This document shows positions 15,974 through 24,407 of a stretch of 32,000 nucleotides of DNA, piece by piece (the first letter of the stretch is position 1; each line of letters starts with the position of its first letter). Under the pieces are notes generated by a model, which saw only the letters and a list, made by a program, of their open reading frames with translations, searched no databases and had not been told where the DNA came from. The position numbers were made by a program, and so were the translations under genes. This DNA is from Erysipelothrix inopinata. Its GTDB lineage: Bacteria; Bacillota_I; Bacilli_A; Erysipelotrichales; Erysipelotrichaceae. The DNA lies in contig NZ_CP060715.1 in the NCBI RefSeq assembly GCF_014396165.1, positions 1,590,001 through 1,622,000 of the forward strand, in the 5' to 3' direction.

Positions 15974-16145
15974 TCTTTAATCTACCAAGTAAGGTTTTTT
16001 GTAGTTGATAGGTTGTCGTTTTAACCTTTAAATAAGTATTATAGCGTTTGTTGTTAGGGATTAAAAGTTATATTTGATATCAGTATTTATTTTTTTGAGA
16101 GTCTAGATTGATATCCTCTTTCGAATTGAATTTAGTGAGGTGAAA

Positions 16146-17489
16146 ATGAAAAAAAATTTAAAAAGTCTGACAATTCTTACATATAAGCTTGTTGTATATT
16201 ATTTGCTTTACACAATATTTTTCCAAATGTTTGAATTGTACAACGTTGGGCTTCAATATGTATCAAGAACAACTGTTATTACAACGATGACATTTGCAGT
16301 TATTTTGGTATTAATGGTGTTTGTGTATGGAAATTTCTCAATCGGAAAGCAAAAGAGTAAGCCAATTATTTTTTCAACTTCGATCGCAGTAGTGTTAACG
16401 GATATTGTAACCTATATTCAACTCATGATTATGAATACAAATCCTCATAATAATCAAACATTTAGAATCGAACAACTAGATATTTTGTTGTATGTGATTC
16501 TGATGCAAGTCGTTGTTATCACAATTGCTGCTTACGTAGGTAACTGGCTCTACTTTAAGTTATACACTGTGGAACATGTTTTAATCGTAAAATCATATGG
16601 ATCTGATGACGATACTTTGCGAAAAATACATCGTTATCTATCAAATTATAAATTACAGTACCGTGTCGTTGATGTTATTGATTATTCGAGAATTAACAGT
16701 TTTAATTTTAGTGATATTGATCGTGTTGTATGCGTAGGAATTCATAATGAAGAACGTTCATCCCTGACAGATTTTTGTTACAAGAATGGAATTTCAATTA
16801 GTTTCACACCTGAAGTTACTGATGTGGTTGAACTTGCTGGTGAACAGGTCGTTTATGATGATATTCCTCTTATTGTTGTGGAATCCAAAGGGCTATCATT
16901 TGAGCAAAAATTCTTTAAACGAACTCTTGATCTAATTTGTTCGATTTTTGGATTGATTCTATCATCGCCGATTTGGATCATCGCAGGAATCGCAATCAAA
17001 TTAAACGATGGCGGAAAGATTTTCTTTAGACAGGAACGATATACTGAGAACGGGAAAGTTTTCAAGGTATTTAAGTTCAGAACTATGAAAGAAAATGTTG
17101 CGAACTATTCATCGACAGAAAACGATGATCGTATTACTGCAGTCGGCAAGGTATTAAGAAAAACGAGAATGGATGAATTGCCTCAAATTCTCAATATAAT
17201 TAAAGGTGATATGAGTATGGTAGGGCCAAGACCAGAGATGTTGGAGAATGTTCACGAATATGAAAGTGATTTACCACAATTCCGATATAGATTAAAAGTT
17301 AAGGCCGGACTAACAGGAATTGCTCAAATCGAAGGAAAATACAATACGACCCCTAAAGATAAACTGATTATGGATTTAATGTATATCGAAAACTACAGTG
17401 TTTGGATGGATATTAAACTCATTCTAAGAACTGCGACTGTGCTAGTTAAAAAAGAAAGCACAGAAGGATTTGGTATCGAAATTAAATAA
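16146..17489 (+). CDS. Polyprenyl-phosphate glycosyl-1-phosphate transferase (priming PGT, Bac_transf/WbaP-CpsE type), copy A
   Basis: 447 aa counted from the ATG at 16146 (GAGGTG RBS). This start is equivalent to that of copy B; the track start is a GTG 6 nt upstream. It has N-terminal TM helices and a C-terminal catalytic domain (KRTLDL..., FRQERYTENGKVFKVFKFRTM, DELPQILNIIKGDMSMVGPRPE). Confidence 0.85.
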   Translation: MKKNLKSLTILTYKLVVYYLLYTIFFQMFELYNVGLQYVSRTTVITTMTFAVILVLMVFVYGNFSIGKQKSKPIIFSTSIAVVLTDIVTYIQLMIMNTNPHNNQTFRIEQLDILLYVILMQVVVITIAAYVGNWLYFKLYTVEHVLIVKSYGSDDDTLRKIHRYLSNYKLQYRVVDVIDYSRINSFNFSDIDRVVCVGIHNEERSSLTDFCYKNGISISFTPEVTDVVELAGEQVVYDDIPLIVVESKGLSFEQKFFKRTLDLICSIFGLILSSPIWIIAGIAIKLNDGGKIFFRQERYTENGKVFKVFKFRTMKENVANYSSTENDDRITAVGKVLRKTRMDELPQILNIIKGDMSMVGPRPEMLENVHEYESDLPQFRYRLKVKAGLTGIAQIEGKYNTTPKDKLIMDLMYIENYSVWMDIKLILRTATVLVKKESTEGFGIEIK

Positions 17490-17668
17490 TGTCGAAAGTC
17501 TTCATTAATAAATTTGATATGACAAATTGGAAAAATTGATAGTTCCTTTTCTTTGAGTCATGAGAGTAATAAAAAAATGAGAAAATACTATTTGATACTT
17601 ACAAGTAACTTTCTTTAAAAAATAATTTATAAATGAAACTCAAAAAGGTGAAAAATATAGGCTTGTCG

Positions 17669-17822
17669 TGGAACTTTTAGAGTGTCTCCAATATCGAGTG
17701 TAGGTGAACTCCAATATTGGTTTTTTGAGTCGCCGCTCCACTACATTAATTTGTAGTGGAGATTTTTATATTTGTAATGGAAACATTGTGCTGCCAATAA
17801 GTAAAACTCTTGCTCTAAATTA
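17669..17822 (-). mobile_element. Degraded remnant of a third ISL3 element (IRR end plus last ~17 transposase codons)
   Basis: 17696-17820 aligns by eye with 12392-12520 of copy 2 (GTGAACTCCAATATTG..., hairpin GCTCCAC..GTGGAGA, TTTGTAATGG.AACATTGTG...AAGTAAAACTCT.GCTCTAAA) with scattered substitutions. The reverse frame reads FRARVLLIGSTMFPLQI*. The boundaries are approximate. Confidence 0.7.
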
Positions 17823-17941
17823 ATTGTGCAAAAATAGTAATGACGATAGTTCACTTTCTAATAATTTTTGACAAAAACATTGTAAGTGAGTCGCCTTCTG
17901 TATTACATTATCTATTATATATAGTTATTATTACATGGTTA

Positions 17942-17969
17942 TTGCTTAAAAGCGTACTTGTGATATAAT
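17942..17969 (+). promoter_or_regulatory. Putative promoter of licCA-licB (extended -10)
   Basis: -35 TTGCTT (17942-17947), 16-nt spacer, TG-A-TATAAT (17961-17969), about 70 nt upstream of the ATG at 18040. Confidence 0.45.
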
Positions 17970-18039
17970 TATTCATTAGGTAACCATGTTTTTTTACAGC
18001 TAGAAAGATTGCTAAATAATCATAGGGGGTATTTTATTT

Positions 18040-19788
18040 ATGGTGAACAGTTTTGTAGTTCTGCGTGATATTATTGAAAATAACGCTCTTACGTTGAATG
18101 ATCTTTTAAGTAAGTTTGAATTTCCCGCTATTCAAGAACTAAGTAATTCAAATTTAATCGAAGAATCAAAAGGTGTTGTATCTGTGACGGAGGAAGGGCT
18201 CGCTAAAATGAAGCCTTTCAAAGTCGATAATGCAATCATAATGGCTGCAGGTATGGGGTCTCGTTTTGTACCATATTCATACTACATACCAAAAGGGTTA
18301 ATTGAGGTGAATGATGTTCCTTTGGTTGAACGTCAAATTATTCAGTTCCGTGATGCAGGTATTGAAAACATTTACATCATTGTTGGATATATGGGGAAAC
18401 AATTCGAATATCTCGCAAAAAAATATGATGTTAAAATTATTCAGAATTTAGATTTCGCAACTAAAAATAACATATCGAGTTTATATTATGCAAACAAAGA
18501 AGGAATACTTGGTAACTCCTATTTAACGCCTTCTGATATTTATATTGAGGATAATGTATTTCATCAATATGAATATCATTCTTGGTATGCGACGAAGTAT
18601 TTTGAGGGAAAAGTTTCAGAGTGGGGTATTGAATGTGATGATACCGGACTGATAAACAATGTTTCTAAGTCTGCTGTGAATCAAGAAGCGATGTATGGTA
18701 CTGCATTTCTTTCGAAATCATTTACAAAAGTTTTGGCTGAAAAGATTGTGGATTTATACGAGGATGAATCATTTTCTCAGTGGTATTGGGAAGATGTTTA
18801 TATTAAATTTATGAATGAATTACGTTTATATTCCAATCTTAGTGCTGGTGAATCGGTATTAGAGTTTGAATGCTATGAGGAGTTGCGTGAATTTGATACG
18901 AGTTATTGTAAAAATGCTAGAAACCCGCTCTTAGATATTATCTGTAAAGAGTTAGATTGCTCACTGAGTGATATTCACGGTATTACTCCGCTAAAAGTTG
19001 GTATGACTAATGATTCCTTCAAATTCACTGTGAAGGATGCAGATTATGTCTTCCGTGTGGCTGGAGAAGGTACTGATGTCCTCATTGATAGATATGCTGA
19101 AGCTAAATCATATGAAGCAATTCAGCATTTAAACATATCGGATGAAATCATATATTTTGATCCTAAGAAAGGAATCAAAATTGCTAAGTATATAAAAAAT
19201 GCAAAACAATTCACTGAAGAAGATATAGAAGTGATGATTGGAACAATTCGAAAGCTTCATGAATCGGATATTGAAGTCGAACATAAATTTGATGTCAATG
19301 AAAGAATTGAATATTATTTTAATCTTTGTGAGAGTAATGAAGCAAAATATTATCCGGGATTACTTGATCATTATGACAAAATTCGAGAAATTAGAGATTA
19401 TGTCGATGCTAATCATAACGAGCTATGTTTTTGCCACATAGATCCTATTGTTCTTAACTTTGTGTGGTCAGATGACAAACATCATCTTCTTGATTGGGAA
19501 TACTCTGCAATTTCTGATCCATACTTGGACCTAGCGATGATTGTGCTATTCTCTTATTTGCCTGTAAATGAAACTGATGAGCTTTTAAGATTGTATCTTG
19601 AAGAGGAACCTAATGAGTATCAAAATGCGTTGTTATATGCATACTGCTCGCTCGTAGGGGTACTGTGGGCATTGTGGACTCAGTACAAAGAAACACGTGG
19701 AGAAACTTATGGAACATACGGTATTGATCAATTTAAATGGTCAGAACTATACTATGATGAGTTTGTGAAAGTAACGAAGGTGGGATAA
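18040..19788 (+). CDS. licCA: Fused CTP:phosphocholine cytidylyltransferase (LicC) and choline kinase (LicA) with an extra ~60-aa N-terminal wHTH-like domain
   Basis: 582 aa. Residues ~63-290 are a nucleotidyltransferase (AIIMAAGMGSRF, KGLIEV). Residues ~295-582 are an APH/choline-kinase fold (GMTNDSFKF, CHIDPIVLNF = HxDxxxxN, LLDWEYSAISDPYLDLA). Residues 1-60 are a separate small helical domain. Confidence 0.8.
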   Translation: MVNSFVVLRDIIENNALTLNDLLSKFEFPAIQELSNSNLIEESKGVVSVTEEGLAKMKPFKVDNAIIMAAGMGSRFVPYSYYIPKGLIEVNDVPLVERQIIQFRDAGIENIYIIVGYMGKQFEYLAKKYDVKIIQNLDFATKNNISSLYYANKEGILGNSYLTPSDIYIEDNVFHQYEYHSWYATKYFEGKVSEWGIECDDTGLINNVSKSAVNQEAMYGTAFLSKSFTKVLAEKIVDLYEDESFSQWYWEDVYIKFMNELRLYSNLSAGESVLEFECYEELREFDTSYCKNARNPLLDIICKELDCSLSDIHGITPLKVGMTNDSFKFTVKDADYVFRVAGEGTDVLIDRYAEAKSYEAIQHLNISDEIIYFDPKKGIKIAKYIKNAKQFTEEDIEVMIGTIRKLHESDIEVEHKFDVNERIEYYFNLCESNEAKYYPGLLDHYDKIREIRDYVDANHNELCFCHIDPIVLNFVWSDDKHHLLDWEYSAISDPYLDLAMIVLFSYLPVNETDELLRLYLEEEPNEYQNALLYAYCSLVGVLWALWTQYKETRGETYGTYGIDQFKWSELYYDEFVKVTKVG

Positions 19789-19792
19789 ATCA

Positions 19793-20755
19793 ATGGAAAC
19801 TAAAAACGGGAGTATCGTTGGACTTTTATCAGGAGTTTTCTGGGGTTTGGATTCAGTGTTACTTGGAGTTGTGCTTTCAAGTGTGATCTTTATGTCACTT
19901 GGAGATAATGGCTCACTATATTCAACCTTTATTCATGATAGTGCTTCATTTGTATTGTTATTTGTCTTAATTGCTGTTAGAGGCAAAATTAAAGATTTTA
20001 CAAAAGTGTTGTTTTCAAAGTCGGGAGCGATTATTGCGTGTGCTGCCTTATTGGGTGGCCCAATCGGAATGGGATCGTATATTATTTCAATTAAGTACCT
20101 GGGTTCGTCAATGGCTGCGGGTATATCTGCAGTTTACCCGATTTTCGGATTAATATTAGGATACCTACTATTCAAGGAAAAATTATCAAAACAAGGAATT
20201 GTTGGGGTTATTCTCGCGGTATCTGCAATTGTCATGATGAGCATCAGTGGTATCGGTGTTATTGATAACCTTGGAGTTGGTTTGCTGGCTGCAATAGGCT
20301 GTGTTGTGGGATGGGGAAGTGAAGCGGTTATCGTAGGCGTTGCATTGAAAGAAGATGTAAGTGCAGAAATCGCTCTTGGTATCCGTCAAATGGTATCAGG
20401 TTTAACTTATGGTTTGATAATTGTTCCATTCCTTGGGTATGAGGGGGTTATGCAAATCTTTGGTAACGGAAATCTTGTGATGCTGTTAATCGGTGCTGGA
20501 GTTGTAGGAACTATTTCTTATCTTTGCTACTACAAAGCAATTGGTATGATTGGAGCGGGTCGTGCAATGGGACTCAATATCTCCTATCCTGCATGGGCTT
20601 TCCTATTTCAATTAATTTTAACTCGTGACTTTGATGCTTTACATTTCATTTTAGTACTTGTAATTATTCTAGGTTCGATTCTAACTTCAGACAATCCTGA
20701 AGAACTTCTACCATTCTTAAAGTATTTCACGAAGAAAGAAATCGATGAAGTCTGA
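19793..20755 (+). CDS. licB: EamA/DMT-family permease, LicB-like putative choline transporter
   Basis: 320-aa protein with about 10 TM helices and two EamA-like halves. It lies immediately downstream of licCA (4-nt gap, RBS AAGGTGGG). Confidence 0.65.
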   Translation: METKNGSIVGLLSGVFWGLDSVLLGVVLSSVIFMSLGDNGSLYSTFIHDSASFVLLFVLIAVRGKIKDFTKVLFSKSGAIIACAALLGGPIGMGSYIISIKYLGSSMAAGISAVYPIFGLILGYLLFKEKLSKQGIVGVILAVSAIVMMSISGIGVIDNLGVGLLAAIGCVVGWGSEAVIVGVALKEDVSAEIALGIRQMVSGLTYGLIIVPFLGYEGVMQIFGNGNLVMLLIGAGVVGTISYLCYYKAIGMIGAGRAMGLNISYPAWAFLFQLILTRDFDALHFILVLVIILGSILTSDNPEELLPFLKYFTKKEIDEV

Positions 20756-20795
20756 TTTTTTTAAATGTATTACTTCGTGTGATTTTTCTCATAAA

Positions 20796-20837
20796 CCTCT
20801 CTTTAATGCCATATTTTGTTTATTAAAGAGGGGTTTT
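20796..20837 (+). terminator. Rho-independent terminator after the licB-like gene
   Basis: CCTCTCTTTAAT-14 nt loop-ATTAAAGAGGGG (12-bp stem with one G-U pair) followed by TTTT. Confidence 0.7.
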
Positions 20838-20908
20838 ATGCTATCATAATAGAAGGCCAAAATATTAATTTTTGAGCGGTCTTTTTTACTAACTGGAGAT
20901 TTTAAAAA

Positions 20909-22252
20909 ATGAAAAATAATTTAAAAAGTCTGACAATTCTTTTATACAAGCTCGTTGTGTATTATTTACTTTACACAGTATTTTTCCAAATGTTTGAATT
21001 ACACAACGTTGGGCTTCAATATGTATCAAGGACAACTGTTATTACAACGATGACCTTTGCAGTCATTTTGGTATTAATGGTATTTGTCTATGGAAATTTC
21101 TCAATAGGGAAGCAGAAGAGTAAACCAATTATCTTTTCAACGACGATTGCTGTAGTGTTAACGGATATTGTAACCTATATTCAACTCATGGTTATGAATA
21201 CAAATCCACATAATAATCAAACATTTAGAATCGAACAACTAGATATTCTGTTGTATGTAATTCTTATGCAAGTCATTATTATTTCAATCGCTGCTTACGT
21301 CGGGAACTGGCTCTACTTTAAGCTATATACTGCGGAGCATGTTTTAATCGTAAAATCCTATGAATCAGATGATGATACTTTACGAAAAATACATCGATAT
21401 CTATCGAATTACAAATTACAATACCGAGTCGTTGATGTCATTGATTATTCAAAAATAAACAGTTTTAATTTTAGTGATATTGATCGCGTTGTATGTGTAG
21501 GAATTCATAATGAAGAACGTTCATTCCTGACAGATTTCTGTTACAAAAACGGCATATCAATTAGTTTTACCCCTGAGATTACTGACGTAGTCGAGCTGGC
21601 TGGTGAACAAGTTGTTTATGATGATATTCCACTGATTGTTGTGGAGTCCAAAGGACTATCATTTGAACAGAAATTCTTTAAACGAATTCTTGATCTGATT
21701 TGCTCTATTTTAGGATTGATTTTATCATCGCCGATTTGGATTATCGCAGGAATTGCAATCAAATTAAACGATGGCGGTAAGATTTTCTTCAGACAGGAAC
21801 GTTATACTGAGAACGGTAAAGTTTTCAAGGTATTTAAGTTCAGAACGATGAAAGAAAATGTTGAAAACTATTCCTCAACTGAAAATGATGATCGAATTAC
21901 TGCAGTAGGTAAGGTATTAAGAAAAACACGAATGGATGAGTTACCTCAAATATTGAATATTATCAAAGGTGATATGAGTATGGTAGGACCGCGTCCTGAG
22001 ATGCTTGAAAATGTTCATCAATATGAGAGTGATTTACCACAATTCCGTTACCGACTTAAAGTTAAAGCTGGTTTAACGGGTATAGCTCAAATCGAAGGAA
22101 AATACAATACAACCCCTAAAGATAAACTGATTATGGATTTAATGTATATCGAAAACTACAGTATTTGGATGGATATTAAACTCATTCTAAGAACGGCGAC
22201 TGTATTGGTTAAAAAAGAAAGTACAGAAGGATTTAACACAGAATCAAAATAA
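20909..22252 (+). CDS. Polyprenyl-phosphate glycosyl-1-phosphate transferase (priming PGT), copy B
   Basis: 447 aa, the same length as copy A. My manual alignment gives 22 substitutions, and the last five residues differ. RBS GGAG. Confidence 0.85.
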   Translation: MKNNLKSLTILLYKLVVYYLLYTVFFQMFELHNVGLQYVSRTTVITTMTFAVILVLMVFVYGNFSIGKQKSKPIIFSTTIAVVLTDIVTYIQLMVMNTNPHNNQTFRIEQLDILLYVILMQVIIISIAAYVGNWLYFKLYTAEHVLIVKSYESDDDTLRKIHRYLSNYKLQYRVVDVIDYSKINSFNFSDIDRVVCVGIHNEERSFLTDFCYKNGISISFTPEITDVVELAGEQVVYDDIPLIVVESKGLSFEQKFFKRILDLICSILGLILSSPIWIIAGIAIKLNDGGKIFFRQERYTENGKVFKVFKFRTMKENVENYSSTENDDRITAVGKVLRKTRMDELPQILNIIKGDMSMVGPRPEMLENVHQYESDLPQFRYRLKVKAGLTGIAQIEGKYNTTPKDKLIMDLMYIENYSIWMDIKLILRTATVLVKKESTEGFNTESK

Positions 22253-22278
22253 ATTAAGTATACAAGGAGGAAATTTGT

Positions 22279-23295
22279 ATGTTTGAAAATTCAGTATTCG
22301 TAGTAACTGGTGGAACGGGTTCATTTGGACACGCCGTTGTAAGAAGATTTTTGAAAGAAGATGTTAAAGAAATTCGTATTGTTTCTAGAGATGAAAAGAA
22401 ACAAGATGACATGAGAAAAGAATTTAATGATGACCGTCTCAAATTTTATATCGGAGATGTTCGTGATCGTAGTACACTAACACATGCAATGAGAGGAGCA
22501 GATTACTTGTTCCATGCTGCGGCACTTAAACAAGTTCCTTCATGTGAGTTTTTCCCAATTGAAGCAGTTAAAACTAATGTAATTGGAACTGATAACGTTC
22601 TTGAAGAAGCAATTCATGCAGGTGTTAAAAAAGTTGTATGTCTATCTACAGATAAAGCAGCATATCCAATTAACGCTATGGGAATTTCAAAGGCGATGAT
22701 GGAAAAAACATTTGTTGCAAAAGCACGATTGGCACAATCAACAGGGACGACAATTTGTGGAACACGTTATGGTAATGTTATGGCCTCTCGAGGATCTGTA
22801 ATTCCATTGTTTTTTGATCAAATCCGTGAAGGAAAGCCATTAACTTTGACAAATCCTAAAATGACACGATTCTTAATGTCATTGGATGAGGCAGTAGATT
22901 TAGTTTTATTTGCATTTGAGAATGCTCAACCTGGTGATATATTTGTCCAAAAATCACCAGCAAGTACTATTGATGATTTAGCAGAAGCAGTTCAAAATGT
23001 TGCAGGTGTTCATACAGGTACTCGCTTGATTGGAACACGTCATGGTGAAAAAGTATACGAAACACTATTAACTAAAGAAGAATTTGTTAAATCAGAAGAT
23101 CTTGGTGGCTATTTCCGAGTTCCTATGGATCAACGTGATTTAAACTATGACAAGTATTTTGTTGAAGGAGAAGAGCAAGAAGGATTAGACGAATATAATT
23201 CACATAATACTTATCGCTTATCAGTTCCTGAAATAGAAGAAAAACTACGCTCCTTATACGAAATTCAAGAAGATTTGAAAGAATTTAATTCATGA
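22279..23295 (+). CDS. fnlA: UDP-GlcNAc 4,6-dehydratase/5-epimerase (CapE/FnlA/WbjB type)
   Basis: 338 aa. The N-terminus VFVVTGGTGSFGHAVVRRFL...EIRIVSRDEKKQDDMRKEF...KFYIGDVRD closely resembles CapE. Strong RBS AAGGAGG. Confidence 0.9.
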   Translation: MFENSVFVVTGGTGSFGHAVVRRFLKEDVKEIRIVSRDEKKQDDMRKEFNDDRLKFYIGDVRDRSTLTHAMRGADYLFHAAALKQVPSCEFFPIEAVKTNVIGTDNVLEEAIHAGVKKVVCLSTDKAAYPINAMGISKAMMEKTFVAKARLAQSTGTTICGTRYGNVMASRGSVIPLFFDQIREGKPLTLTNPKMTRFLMSLDEAVDLVLFAFENAQPGDIFVQKSPASTIDDLAEAVQNVAGVHTGTRLIGTRHGEKVYETLLTKEEFVKSEDLGGYFRVPMDQRDLNYDKYFVEGEEQEGLDEYNSHNTYRLSVPEIEEKLRSLYEIQEDLKEFNS

Positions 23296-24407
23296 ATATT
23301 CTCGTGACAGGAGCCTCAGGCTTTGTAGGTAAAAATCTATGTAGTCAACTTCATAATCTTGGTTATGAAGTTTTTAAATATGATAAGTCGGATACTTTAG
23401 AAACATTATCCGCATATACTAAATCTTGTGATTTTGTAGTCCATCTCGCTGGTGTAAATCGACCTACAAATCCCGAAGATTTTTTTTCGGGAAACAGAGG
23501 ATTTACAGAAACACTATGTGACTTGCTTCACCAACATAATAATAAAGCTCCAATTGCTATTTCAAGCAGCATCCAAGCTGAGTTAGATAATGATTATGGT
23601 GTAAGTAAGAGAGAGGGTGAAAGCATTCTCTTGGATCATTCACGCAAGAATAATTCAGAAGTATATATATACCGCTTTTCTAACTTGTTTGGTAAATGGT
23701 GCAAGCCATTCTACAACTCAGTGGTTGCTACGTGGTGCCACTCAATTGCTCGTGGAGAAGACATTCAAATTAATAATGAAAACGCAGAGCTTACTTTGGA
23801 ATACATTGACGATGTTGTGAATGAACTTGTAAGGTGCATAAATGGAAAGCCTAATTTTAAAAATGTAGAAGAAAGATTATGCTCAGTTCCAATTAATGAA
23901 AAAGTCACCTTAGGAGAATTGGCGAAATTAATCCAATCATTTAAAGCATCAAGAACTTCTCTTCTTATACCCAATATGGGAGATGAGTTTACAAAAAAAT
24001 TGTATAGTACTTACCTTAGTTATTTACCAACTGATGAGTTTTCATATAATTTAAATTCTCATGTCGATAATCGCGGTAGTTTCACCGAAATCTTAAAAAC
24101 GATTGATAGAGGCCAAGTGAGCCTCAATATATCCAAGCCTGGAATTACTAAAGGTCAACATTGGCATCACACAAAAAATGAAAAATTCTTGGTAGTTTCC
24201 GGACAAGGCAAAATTCAATTTAGAGATATATTTTCTCAAGAAATAATTGAATACGAGGTTACTGGTGATATATTACAAGTGGTTGATATTCCCGTAGGCT
24301 ATACACACAATATAATTAATACAGGTGAAAATGATTTAATCACAATCATGTGGGTAAATGAAATATTTGATCAAGATAATCCTGATACATATTACTTGGA
24401 GGTATAA
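23292..24407 (+). CDS. fnlB: UDP-2-acetamido-2,6-dideoxy-L-talose-forming reductase (CapF/FnlB/WbjC type; SDR + C-terminal cupin)
   Basis: 371 aa with an N-terminal ILVTGASGFVGKNL Rossmann motif and a C-terminal cupin (RGSFTE...GQHWHHTKNEKF). ATGA start/stop overlap with fnlA. Confidence 0.85.
   Translation: MNILVTGASGFVGKNLCSQLHNLGYEVFKYDKSDTLETLSAYTKSCDFVVHLAGVNRPTNPEDFFSGNRGFTETLCDLLHQHNNKAPIAISSSIQAELDNDYGVSKREGESILLDHSRKNNSEVYIYRFSNLFGKWCKPFYNSVVATWCHSIARGEDIQINNENAELTLEYIDDVVNELVRCINGKPNFKNVEERLCSVPINEKVTLGELAKLIQSFKASRTSLLIPNMGDEFTKKLYSTYLSYLPTDEFSYNLNSHVDNRGSFTEILKTIDRGQVSLNISKPGITKGQHWHHTKNEKFLVVSGQGKIQFRDIFSQEIIEYEVTGDILQVVDIPVGYTHNIINTGENDLITIMWVNEIFDQDNPDTYYLEV

Noticed and set aside
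16081-16139. TTTTTGAGAGTCTAGATTGA upstream of transferase copy A as another ISL3 inverted-repeat remnant.
   Set aside because: Only a short TCTAG-centred resemblance to the IRR exists. Part of it is shared with the upstream region of copy B (TTTTTGAGCGGTCT), so it more likely belongs to the duplicated gene's own leader.
16149-16156. The A8 tract right after the start codon of transferase copy A as a phase-variation switch.
   Set aside because: Eight A residues are short for efficient slippage, the tract simply encodes Lys-Lys-Asn, and copy B has A5 at the same place. Nothing in a single sequence shows length variation.
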